Origin: an uncultured Ruminococcus sp.
GTDB taxonomy: Bacteria; Bacillota; Clostridia; Oscillospirales; CAG-272
Assembly (NCBI GenBank): GCA_902761695.1
Contig: CACWLT010000001.1
Span: forward strand, 1 to 49,280
DNA: 49,280 nt
Reading direction: 5' to 3'
In this document: positions 1-10,156 of the stretch, piece by piece
Numbering within the stretch: the stretch's first letter is position 1
How the letters are laid out: each line of letters begins with the position of its first letter
Translations under genes and position numbers: made by a program
The notes under the pieces: generated by a model
The model's input: only the letters and a program-made list of their open reading frames with translations
Database searches by the model: none
What the model was told of the DNA's origin: nothing

Positions 1-325
1 AGCCGATATGCCGCATGAGCCACTCCTTGCCCACGAAGCCGTCCGAGGTGCAGACGATATTGAAGGGGCGGGGATAGAGGACGGTGGAGGCAATTTTCAG
101 ATCGATGAAGGAGGAGTGGTTCATGAGGAAAAGGGCGGGTTCGTTCTTTCCCAGCTTCTCCATGCCCGCCGTCTCCAGGGTGAAGCCGGTTTCCTTCAGG
201 TCCCCGGCGGAGACGGTTTTCAAAAGCCAGCGGAAGAAGGGGGCGGGCTTCACGGGCGGCTTATGGGTTGTCCGGGGCTTTGCCAGAGCCTCGGCGAGGG
301 TCATGTCCTTGACTTTGATTTTCAT
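1..325 (-). CDS. 1-acyl-sn-glycerol-3-phosphate acyltransferase-like protein (PlsC/LPLAT family), N-terminal part; rest lies outside the window
   Basis: Absent from the ORF track because it runs off the window edge. Reverse-strand ATG at 325..323 lies about 6 nt after GGAGG (complement of 331-335). Translation MKIKVKDMTLAEALAKPRTTHKPPVKPAPFFRWLLKTVSAGDLKETGFTLETAGMEKLGKNEPALFLMNHSSFIDLKIAS... carries the HX4D acyltransferase motif (NHSSFID). Confidence 0.6.
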   Translation of the reverse strand, partial: MKIKVKDMTLAEALAKPRTTHKPPVKPAPFFRWLLKTVSAGDLKETGFTLETAGMEKLGKNEPALFLMNHSSFIDLKIASTVLYPRPFNIVCTSDGFVGKEWLMRHIG

Positions 326-390
326 GATGTCCTCCGGTGGGAGAAATAGAAAGCAAAGACTTCGCCTTTACGGAATCCTCCGCTGCACTT

Positions 391-598
391 CATAAACTCG
401 ACAGGGCATTCCTGCCCTATCGGTGGAGGAGGATGAAGTTTGACCTGAACTTCAAGCAAAGGGGAACGCTTAATCTGCCGAGGGGAACACTGTTTTTCGC
501 TTCGGTTTATCTCGTCGGACACTCCTTCCACCGCGAGCGGTCCCCCTCCCTCTGAGAGGGAGGCAGGAAGACGTCCTGTGCTGACTGAGGGAGTGTCC
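391..598 (+). repeat. Hairpin-rich intergenic element, copy E (subfamily shared with copy D at 10157-10380, opposite strand)
   Basis: 391-480 (+) aligns with the minus strand of 10250-10343. ATAAACT is followed by hairpin CGACAGGGCA-TTCC-TGCCCTATCG, against CGACGGAGCA-TTCC-TGCTCCGTCG in D (compensatory changes). Next comes GATGAAGTT..GAACTTCAA against GTGAAGTTC..GAACTTCAG, then the shared AAAGGGGAACGC. A long closing stem GGACACTCC 517-525 / GGAGTGTCC 590-598 encloses CCCTCCCTC-TGAG-AGGGAGG. Confidence 0.6.
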
Positions 599-628
599 AA
601 TGAATACTTTTGCTGAAAAAGGGGGACT

Positions 629-1987
629 TTACTTCTCCATCCGGAACGCCGGGGCGATGGGGGTGTGGCCGCGGAGGATTTCGGGGATGGAGACACGGAG
701 GCCGCCGTCCGTGCGCTCGAACTTCATGGGGGCTTCCAGGCCGAGGAGGGTCAGCTTGTTCACCTCATGGGGCCAGGGGATGAAGAGGGTATCGGTGAGC
801 TTTTCCTCCTCCGGCAGGCGGACGAGGGCATAGTGGACGTCGCCTTTTTTCGTGAAGGCGGTGATGCCGTCCTCGTTGGGATCCGCCAGACGGGTGCCGT
901 AGATGGCCTCGCCGTTGTCGCGCAGCCAGTCGCCCATGCCGTCCACGGAACGAACGGCGGCAGCGGGGAGGTTTCCGTCCGGCTGGGGGGCGATGTTCAG
1001 GGCCAGATTTCCGCCCCGGCAGACCACGTCAATCAGGAGGTGGACCAGCTGGCGGGGGGTCTTATAGCGGTCGGCGAAACGGTAGGAGAAGGCGTATCCC
1101 ACGGTGACGCAGCTCTCCCACGGGACGCGGATGGGGGCGGTGGGCACGCTCTGCTCCGGGGTGATATAGTTCTCGTTGGGGCCTCCCACGGTGCGGTCCG
1201 CCACCAGCAGGCCGGGGGTGACACGCCTTGCCTTTTCCATGAACTCGGACAGGCGGATATCCTGGCCCCGGTTGTCCGGGCGCACCTGGCCGCCGTCCAG
1301 CCAGAGGATATCCAGGGGGCCGTAGTTCTCCACAAGCTCCATCATCTGGCCCTGGGTGAACTGGACGAACTTCTCCCAGAGCTCCGGCTTGGCCTTCGGG
1401 TCATAGGTGGGATTCCGTCCCCAGGCTACGGGGCGTTCCTGTCCCTCGGCCCAGTACCACGGGCAGTGCCAGTCGGGCTTGGAGAAATAGGCGGCGATGC
1501 CGATGCCCCGGGCCCGGAAGGCGTCGAAGGCGGCTTTCACGATGTCGGCGTGCTTATGGTTGTGGAAGGGGCAGTCGTGGGAGGTGGTCTTATAATCCGT
1601 ATACCGGGTATCCCACAGACAGAAGCCGTCGTGGTGCTTGGTGGTGAGGATATAATACCTGAAGCCGTTCCTGGCCGCCACGTCCGCCCAGACCTCGGGA
1701 CGGAAGCGGGCGGGGTTGAAGGACTTATTGAGGTTCACGTACTGGTTCCGGAAGGTCTCCGGGTCACTCTCCCAGTCGATCTCGTTCCGGCCCCACTCGG
1801 CGTCCTCGTCGGACAGGGGCCAGGACTCGCAGATCCCCAGTTCCGAATAGATGCCGAAATGCATCATGAGGGCCAGCTTCTGATCCTGGAACCACTCCAG
1901 CTTCGCCCGTACCGCCGGGTCCTCGGGCACTACGTAGGAATCCTCCCGGCTGCATCCGTGCATGCCTTTGATGATGGCGTCTGCCAT
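629..1987 (-). CDS. alpha-L-fucosidase, glycoside hydrolase family 29
   Basis: ORF 629..1993. ATG at 1987 lies 7 nt after AGGAGG. Motifs FGIYSELG and TTKHHDGFCLWDT are typical of GH29. No signal peptide. Confidence 0.9.
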   Translation of the reverse strand: MADAIIKGMHGCSREDSYVVPEDPAVRAKLEWFQDQKLALMMHFGIYSELGICESWPLSDEDAEWGRNEIDWESDPETFRNQYVNLNKSFNPARFRPEVWADVAARNGFRYYILTTKHHDGFCLWDTRYTDYKTTSHDCPFHNHKHADIVKAAFDAFRARGIGIAAYFSKPDWHCPWYWAEGQERPVAWGRNPTYDPKAKPELWEKFVQFTQGQMMELVENYGPLDILWLDGGQVRPDNRGQDIRLSEFMEKARRVTPGLLVADRTVGGPNENYITPEQSVPTAPIRVPWESCVTVGYAFSYRFADRYKTPRQLVHLLIDVVCRGGNLALNIAPQPDGNLPAAAVRSVDGMGDWLRDNGEAIYGTRLADPNEDGITAFTKKGDVHYALVRLPEEEKLTDTLFIPWPHEVNKLTLLGLEAPMKFERTDGGLRVSIPEILRGHTPIAPAFRMEK

Positions 1988-1989
1988 GG

Positions 1990-2445
1990 TCAATCCTCCT
2001 GTTTTTCGTCTGGTTCGTTTGCTGCCCGGTACTCCTCGAAGAGCCGCTCCATGACGGCGTCCGTTTCCCGGTCGTTCTTCTTCATATTGACGGGTCTGAG
2101 TTCCCGCGTGGTGAAGCAGTGCTTCGATTCGGCCCGGGCTACCTCCCGTCCGGTCCCCTTGTCCCGGATCTCGTAGGAGACGGTCATGCGGACGCCGTTA
2201 TAGGCCGTGATGACGGGGGTCACGGTGATAACGTCGCCGCTGGTCACGTGATAGAGGTATTTTACATCGACCTCCAGGGTGGGGATGGTGAAGCCCCTCT
2301 CCTCAAGGAGGGACATGGGGATCCCAAGCTTCTCCATCCAGTCGCAGCGGGCCTCCTCCATATAGCGGATATAGTTGGAATGGTGGACGACGCCCATGCG
2401 GTCCGTTTCGTAATAGTTGATCTTCCGCTCGTAGATATAGTCCAA
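1990..2445 (-). CDS. acyl-CoA thioesterase, YbgC/4HBT hotdog-fold family
   Basis: ORF 1990..2508. Core INYYETDRMGVVHHSNYIRYMEEAR is typical of 4HBT thioesterases. The upstream gene stops at 2450, so the likely start is TTG 2445 after GGAGAG. The exact start is uncertain. Confidence 0.75.
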   Translation of the reverse strand: MDYIYERKINYYETDRMGVVHHSNYIRYMEEARCDWMEKLGIPMSLLEERGFTIPTLEVDVKYLYHVTSGDVITVTPVITAYNGVRMTVSYEIRDKGTGREVARAESKHCFTTRELRPVNMKKNDRETDAVMERLFEEYRAANEPDEKQED

Positions 2446-2449
2446 GGGT

Positions 2450-3127
2450 TTATTCTCTCCTTCCGTCTTCTCTTGCCGTGAGGATGCGCAGGGTTTCCGC
2501 GGCGTCACGGTGGCGCACCTGCCGGGGATCGAAGCGGACGACGGCGTAGACGGCCTGCATGACGGCTCCCGCGCCGAAGGTGGACAGGAGGGTGCCGAAG
2601 CCCACGGGTCCGCCCAGAAGCCAGCCGAGAAGCAGCGCCGCGCCCCAGAGCAGGATCTCCACCACGCCGATGGGAATCCGCGGCATACGCCTGCCCAGAC
2701 CCACCAGCAGGGAATCCCGGGGTCCGCAGCCCTGGCCCTCCCGCATATAGATCCACATGCCCAGGGCCATGAAGACGAAGCCCGCGAGCATCAGGGCCGC
2801 GCCGAGGAAGGGATTTTCATTCTCCGGGAAGGGATTGAGGTCGCTCCATAGCTGGACGAGGTTCCCGGTCAGAAGGGCGTCGATGACGGTGCCGAAGCCG
2901 ATGCGCTCCCCAAGAAGCAGGTCGATCCCCAGAATCAGCACGCTGACGGCGGTCATGGCGAGGCCGTAGTTCAGCGGGGTATGGAGGGCGATGCCCGTGC
3001 CGAGGCAGTCCCAGGGGGCAAGGCCGATATTGGCCCATATGGTCAGATGGACGCCGAAAGCAAAGACCGCGAGACCCGCCGCGATTTTCAGCCAGCCGGT
3101 CAGAATCCCCCGCCGCGTCACGGACAC
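2450..3127 (-). CDS. YczE/YitT-like integral membrane protein
   Basis: Only the C-terminal ~225 aa of ORF 2450..3466 look like protein, with several hydrophobic segments (KIAAGLAVFAFGVHLTIWANIGLAPWD...). GTG at 3127 (or 3121) directly follows GGGAGGGGAGGG. The N-terminal 113 aa of the track ORF are Pro/Arg-rich junk. Confidence 0.7.
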   Translation of the reverse strand: MSVTRRGILTGWLKIAAGLAVFAFGVHLTIWANIGLAPWDCLGTGIALHTPLNYGLAMTAVSVLILGIDLLLGERIGFGTVIDALLTGNLVQLWSDLNPFPENENPFLGAALMLAGFVFMALGMWIYMREGQGCGPRDSLLVGLGRRMPRIPIGVVEILLWGAALLLGWLLGGPVGFGTLLSTFGAGAVMQAVYAVVRFDPRQVRHRDAAETLRILTAREDGRRE

Positions 3128-3154
3128 CCCTCCCCTCCCGTCGGTATTGCCTAC

Positions 3155-3183
3155 AGTATAGCAGATTTTTCCGGGATTCGCAA
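3155..3183 (-). promoter_or_regulatory. sigmaA-type promoter for the YczE-like gene
   Basis: Minus strand: -35 TTGCGA (3183..3178), 17-nt spacer, extended -10 TGCTATACT (-10 hexamer at 3160..3155). Confidence 0.5.
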
Positions 3184-3250
3184 CGGGTTCGGGGAAGAAA
3201 AGCGCGGGGATTCGGCGCGGGGCGGATTTCACGGACGCGGGCGGGAACCC

Positions 3251-3280
3251 TTGACAAGGATCCCCGGAATATGGTACACT
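3251..3280 (+). promoter_or_regulatory. sigmaA-type promoter for the beta-helix gene
   Basis: -35 TTGACA 3251-3256, 18-nt spacer, -10 TACACT 3275-3280, about 60 nt upstream of ATG 3343. Confidence 0.45.
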
Positions 3281-3342
3281 GAACCGCGGAAAAAACCGGC
3301 GCACCGGATCTGAATGTCCGGGGCCGGACCTGGGAGGATGCC

Positions 3343-5313
3343 ATGAAGGACCGGCAGTATGAGAACAGAGCGGAGGCGGGACGGATTCTGATGATCGCTC
3401 CGGACGGATGCGACGTAACGGGGGACGGATCGGCGGAGAAGCCTTTCCGGACGCCGGAGAGAGCAAGGGACGAGATCCGGGCCATGGAAGCGCTGCCCGA
3501 GGGCGGGGTGACCGTCTTCTTCCGGGCGGGGGAATACAATCTGGAAAAGACCTTTGTCCTGACGCCGGAAGATTCGGGCCGGGAGGGGGCTCCCATCGTC
3601 TGGGCGGCGTATCCGGGGGAGGAGGTCTCCCTGGTGTCGAAGGAGCCGGTCACGGGCTGGAGGCGGCTGACGGCGGCGGAGAAGGCGGGGGATCTCTTCG
3701 GGATGTCCGGCGAGGCGCGAGAGGCCGTCTGGGTCGCGGAAATCCCCGTGGGGCGGCGTTTCCACGATCTGTACGAAAACGGCGTGCGGCTGCCGAACTC
3801 CCGCATGATCCTCTCGGACGACTGGCAGCACACCTGGCCGAAGGTCCGGGCGACGCCGGGGGACTTCGGGCCGGAAGGGCTCAGGGGGCGCTTTGATCCC
3901 GGGGTGCTCGACGGGCTGGACGGCTGGGAGGACGCGGAGATCCGGATGCTCACGGCCATCTGGTGGAACGTGAACGCGGTTCTCGGGGGAATCGACGCGG
4001 AAGGCCGCACCGCCTTCATCCGCTCCGGGCTGACGGTGTTCTATCCGGGCTCGATGGAGAACGGGCGGGAATACAATCTCATGAACACGCCGAAATACCT
4101 GACCCGGGGAGAATGGTGCGTGGATTCCGCGCGGGGACGGGTTTACTACTGGCCGGAGAAAGGCGGGAATCCCAACGATTCCGTCCTCTTCGCGCCGGGG
4201 CTGCGGGAGCTATGGCGGTTTCAGGGGGACGAGGAGGCGCAGGGCTGGCGGCGGCAGGTGCGACACGTGGCGCTTCGGGGCCTGCGGTTCCTCTACACCG
4301 ACCGGGTGCCCGAGGACGAGCTGGATCCGGGGTGGCTGACGCGCAACGGCGAGAATCCGGACGGCATGATCTACATGCAGGGGGTGGATTCCTGCGCCGT
4401 GGAGGACTGCGCGCTGGGGTACTCCGGCTCCCAGGGCATCGTGCTGGACCACTACGCCGGGAACTGCTCCGTCACGGGATGCGAGATCGCCCACGCGTCC
4501 TCCGGCGGCATCTATATCACGGGATACGGGCCGGGGGCGGTGGACGTGAACCGACACCACAGGATCGCAGGGAACCACATCCACCACGCGGGGCTCGACT
4601 ACATGCACTCCTGCGCGGTTCAGATCTTCGGGTCCGGGGACAACGTGCTGGAATACAATTATTTCCACGATCTGCCCTACGCGGCGGTGTCCGTCATCGG
4701 CATGATCTGGACCCACATGCGGGGCGGGCCGGACGCCATCGACACGCAGAACGCCTACGGCCAAAAACAGACCATGTACAACGCCCGCTGGAACGAAATC
4801 GACCGGAGCGCGGTGAAGGACTATCTCTCGGCCCTTCCCTACCAGCACTCCGGGCGGAATGTGACGCGGTACAATATCTGCGACAACTACATGCAGGTGC
4901 TCCGGGACGGCGGTGCGCTCTACGCCTGGTGCTCCGGCCGGGACAAGGTCTGGCGGCACAACTGCGGTTATCGGGCCTTCACCGACGACTGGGGAGTCCG
5001 CGCCATACACATCGACGACTGGGAGGGCTTCAATACCATCGAGGAGAACCTCTTCCACGCCAGCGGCGCCACGGACAACAGCCAGACGAACGGCACCCGG
5101 GGCGGTCGGGGCGACGGAGAGCGGACGGATCTTGACGTCTGGGACGACACCCTGGGCGACAACGTCTGGAAGCGCAACGTCATCACGGCCGACGCTCTGC
5201 CCGCGGGATACGCCGCGCTCCGCGCCGAGATCCGGGAGAAGGCGGGCGGGTGGCTGTCCGTTCTGCCGGGCGGGGACGCGGCTGACGGCGGTGGGGACTG
5301 GGGCCGGGAATGA
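3343..5313 (+). CDS. right-handed parallel beta-helix repeat protein (pectate-lyase-fold, probable glycan-active enzyme)
   Basis: 656-aa ORF with RBS GGGAGGA before the ATG. The N-terminus (IAPDGCDVTGDGSAEKPFRTPERARDEI) and repeated G-x-x-I/V-x-G-N segments are typical of beta-helix proteins. No signal peptide. Confidence 0.7.
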   Translation: MKDRQYENRAEAGRILMIAPDGCDVTGDGSAEKPFRTPERARDEIRAMEALPEGGVTVFFRAGEYNLEKTFVLTPEDSGREGAPIVWAAYPGEEVSLVSKEPVTGWRRLTAAEKAGDLFGMSGEAREAVWVAEIPVGRRFHDLYENGVRLPNSRMILSDDWQHTWPKVRATPGDFGPEGLRGRFDPGVLDGLDGWEDAEIRMLTAIWWNVNAVLGGIDAEGRTAFIRSGLTVFYPGSMENGREYNLMNTPKYLTRGEWCVDSARGRVYYWPEKGGNPNDSVLFAPGLRELWRFQGDEEAQGWRRQVRHVALRGLRFLYTDRVPEDELDPGWLTRNGENPDGMIYMQGVDSCAVEDCALGYSGSQGIVLDHYAGNCSVTGCEIAHASSGGIYITGYGPGAVDVNRHHRIAGNHIHHAGLDYMHSCAVQIFGSGDNVLEYNYFHDLPYAAVSVIGMIWTHMRGGPDAIDTQNAYGQKQTMYNARWNEIDRSAVKDYLSALPYQHSGRNVTRYNICDNYMQVLRDGGALYAWCSGRDKVWRHNCGYRAFTDDWGVRAIHIDDWEGFNTIEENLFHASGATDNSQTNGTRGGRGDGERTDLDVWDDTLGDNVWKRNVITADALPAGYAALRAEIREKAGGWLSVLPGGDAADGGGDWGRE

Positions 5314-5343
5314 CGCTCCGGCGGTGTGGGAACGGCGGTTGTG

Positions 5344-6018
5344 TCAACGCTCGAAGATCACGCCGCCGGCCTGGGTCGGATGGTCGATATAGACGACCTC
5401 TGCGGCGTCGCTCTTATAGCGGAGGATATTCCGGACGATCATGAGGTCGCCCGCCGCGGAATCCGCCATGATGATCCCCATGATCAGCACGGACACCGAT
5501 CCCAGAAGAATCCCGGCGGCCATGGGGAGAACGCCGAGGAGGAGGAAGGGCATCAGCGCGCCGAAGATATACTGGCCCCGGGAAAGGGGGACACCGCAGG
5601 TGCAGTAGGGCGTCAGGTACTGCTTCATGAAGCCGAACTCGATATCCCGAAAATGACGCTCCGTGAAGACGGCCCAGCTCACCCCGTGGATCCCCTCATG
5701 GACCACGATCAGGACGATGAAGATCAGAACGAAGAGCAGAAGGGACGCCGGTTGACGAGCCGCTTCGTCAAAGCCGCCGAGGCCGTCCCGGTTCACAAGA
5801 AGGAGCAGGCCGAAGCCGATCACGAGAAGGGGGATCAGCAGCACGACGGCGAAGATATTTGCCTTCACGATGCTGACCGTCAGCTCGGTACGCCGGTATC
5901 CCTGCTCCGTCATCTTGGCGGACAGATCCTCGAAGCGGCTCAGCCGTTTCCGCTCCGCCTCCGTCAGCTCGCGGGAGGTCTCCCGGGTGTCCTGATTGCC
6001 GAATTTCTTTTCGCGCAT
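5344..6018 (-). CDS. DUF3267-like membrane metalloprotease (putative zincin, HExxH)
   Basis: 224 aa with RBS GGAGG. HEGIH motif between transmembrane segments (LLLFVLIFIVLIVVHEGIHGVSW). Confidence 0.65.
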   Translation of the reverse strand: MREKKFGNQDTRETSRELTEAERKRLSRFEDLSAKMTEQGYRRTELTVSIVKANIFAVVLLIPLLVIGFGLLLLVNRDGLGGFDEAARQPASLLLFVLIFIVLIVVHEGIHGVSWAVFTERHFRDIEFGFMKQYLTPYCTCGVPLSRGQYIFGALMPFLLLGVLPMAAGILLGSVSVLIMGIIMADSAAGDLMIVRNILRYKSDAAEVVYIDHPTQAGGVIFER

Positions 6019-6041
6019 GGTTTTTCCTCCGGGTAAGCAAA

Positions 6042-7124
6042 ATGAAATCGGCTTTATTTTACCACAAACATATGAACAGTGTGTGTCGGCGGGGGGATTT
6101 TCCTGCCGGCGCGGGTCACGGAGGTTTGGAACATGATCCAGAGCATGAATTTTCCCTGTCGAAGGAGTGCGTTCTTCCCTGGGGCAGCTGGGACGCCCTT
6201 GCGGATGAGCTCCGGCGTCTGGGGCTGGACGGCGTGGAGGGGATCGCGGATCCGGATTACTACGACGACGCCTTCCCTGCTTCCCTGCTGACGGGCTACC
6301 ACATGACCTTCTATCCGGACTGGGTGGACTTCTGGCACGGGGATGAAGCAGCGCTGATCCGGAAATTCGGGAGTCTCGAGGGGGCGCGGGGCTTTTACCG
6401 CTGTGCCTCTCCGGAGGAGTTTCTCGGGCTGTTCCGGGCGGACTTCCGGCTGGCGCGGCGGCTGGGGGCGAGGTATCTGGTCTTTCACGTGTCGGACGTT
6501 TCCATCGAGGAGGGGTACACCTACCGCTGGGAGCACGGAGACAGGGAGGTCATGGACGCGGCGCTGGAAATCATCAACGCGGTTCTTGAGGACGCGGAGC
6601 CGGATTTCGACTTTCTCGTGGAGAACCAATGGTGGCCGGGGTTCACCTTTACGGAGCCGGAGAAGACGGAATATCTTCTGTCCCGCATCCGGTATCCGCG
6701 GGTGGGGATCATGCTGGACACGGGGCATCTGATGAACACGGAATGGAGGATCCGGACGCAGGCGGAGGGGGTGGACTACATCCTCGCCATGCTGGAGAAG
6801 CACGGTTCGCTCAGCCGGTATGTGAGGGGGCTGCATTTTCACGAGAGCCTCAGCGGGGCGTACTGCCGCAGAACCATCGGGCGGGTTCCGGACGGATTCC
6901 CTGAGGATTACTACGAGGCCTTCTCGGTCAGCTACGGGCACATTCTGAAAATCGACCGGCACAATCCCTGGACCGATCCCGCCTGCGTGCGGATTCTCGA
7001 CGCGGTAGGACCTCAGTATCTGACCCACGAGCTGTCCGCGAAGCCCCGGAGATCGCAGATCGCGGCGGTGCGGAGGCAGCTTGAGACGATACGGAAGGGG
7101 AAAAAGAAGGAGGACACACCGTAA
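6042..7124 (+). CDS. sugar phosphate isomerase/epimerase (xylose isomerase-like TIM barrel)
   Basis: ARYLVFHVSD....LVENQWWPG....IMLDTGHLMN pattern of the AP-endonuclease-2/xylose-isomerase-like barrel. The 5' end is doubtful. The first ~35 aa look non-protein, and a well-placed RBS+ATG at 6133 is in another frame (see finding). Confidence 0.7.
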   Translation: MKSALFYHKHMNSVCRRGDFPAGAGHGGLEHDPEHEFSLSKECVLPWGSWDALADELRRLGLDGVEGIADPDYYDDAFPASLLTGYHMTFYPDWVDFWHGDEAALIRKFGSLEGARGFYRCASPEEFLGLFRADFRLARRLGARYLVFHVSDVSIEEGYTYRWEHGDREVMDAALEIINAVLEDAEPDFDFLVENQWWPGFTFTEPEKTEYLLSRIRYPRVGIMLDTGHLMNTEWRIRTQAEGVDYILAMLEKHGSLSRYVRGLHFHESLSGAYCRRTIGRVPDGFPEDYYEAFSVSYGHILKIDRHNPWTDPACVRILDAVGPQYLTHELSAKPRRSQIAAVRRQLETIRKGKKKEDTP

Positions 7125-7159
7125 AAGGCATGTCCTCGTTCTTCTGCCGGTTAAAAATA

Positions 7160-7632
7160 TTCACAACCTCTGAAACTCCAATTATGACAAGACTTTCGAG
7201 GTAGTTATAGCCGCGGAATCGAACGTGCTGTTTCATCTGTCCTCTATCGCGCCTCGTGTCATGCGCGTTTCGATCGCTGTTTGCAGGTTACCAGCGCGAC
7301 TGCGTCGGCGCGGCAAACCGATGAACTTCGTCTCCGACGGAGTTCATCGCATGTTTCAGCTGACGCAGCGTGGTCCGCCGGAGTTGCGTCAGCAACTCCT
7401 GAAGAATGCAGAGCATTCTTCAGGCGAGGACTTGGGATATACAGTCGTTTTTCGATACAGTTGCGAGCTGTCAGGTTATGCTCTCCGGCCAAGGGGGACC
7501 CGCACGAGGGGCACCTTCGGCCTGAGATGGTGTCCCTCGTGCCTGCCCGTTGCATGACTGCGTCATGCGGCGTAGAGGACATTATTCCTGAAACGCGCAG
7601 CGTTTCTTTCCTCATAGTGTGAACACACTATG
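7160..7632 (+). ncRNA. Candidate structured RNA / hairpin-rich repeat element, copy A (family unidentified)
   Basis: Aligns with 45130-45540 (-) and 45600-45935 (+). It is a chain of hairpins with compensatory substitutions between copies (details in findings). It ends in hairpin GAAACGC-GCA-GCGTTTC (7590-7606) + TTTCC, then palindrome CATAGTGTG-AA-CACACTATG (7613-7632). A weak promoter-like ATGACA 7184-7189 / TATAGC 7206-7211 lies upstream. ORFs across it are not conserved between copies. Confidence 0.55.
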
Positions 7633-7652
7633 CTTCAGAAGCGAAAAGGCGC

Positions 7653-10136
<2,484 letters not shown>

Positions 10137-10156
10137 ATAGTACTCCTTCCGGAATA

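Noticed and set aside
665-2176. Long antisense or shadow ORFs opposite real genes: 665..2176 +, 2817..4019 -, 15708..16952 +, 17760..19091 +, 20124..21497 -, 21268..22686 -, 24511..25611 +, 25503..26576 -, 26615..29257 -, 29501..30733 +, 32413..34866 +, 36805..39348 +, 43208..44998 +, 45888..47120 +, 47868..49091 -, 7612..8634 -
   Set aside because: They have Arg/Gly/Pro/His-rich compositions typical of non-coding frames in GC-rich DNA, and no RBS. Each overlaps a gene with clear family motifs on the other strand or in another frame.
7514-7530. Possible hammerhead-like CUGA-N-GA core in the invariant loop CCTTCGGCCTGAGATGG
   Set aside because: The sequence is CUGAGAU, so the G8/A9 positions do not fit. 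No matching GAAA/cleavage-site arrangement is present.
7225-7622. ORFs of 110-118 aa across element copy A (7225..7557 +, 7281..7622 +, 7259..7615 -) and similar ORFs across copies B and C (45221..45580 +, 45227..45418 -, 45632..45922 +)
   Set aside because: Shared peptide patches (e.g. RFSIQLRAVRLC, GHLRPEMVS) fall in different frames in different copies, because indels are not multiples of three. None has an RBS. Conservation follows base-pairing rather than codons.
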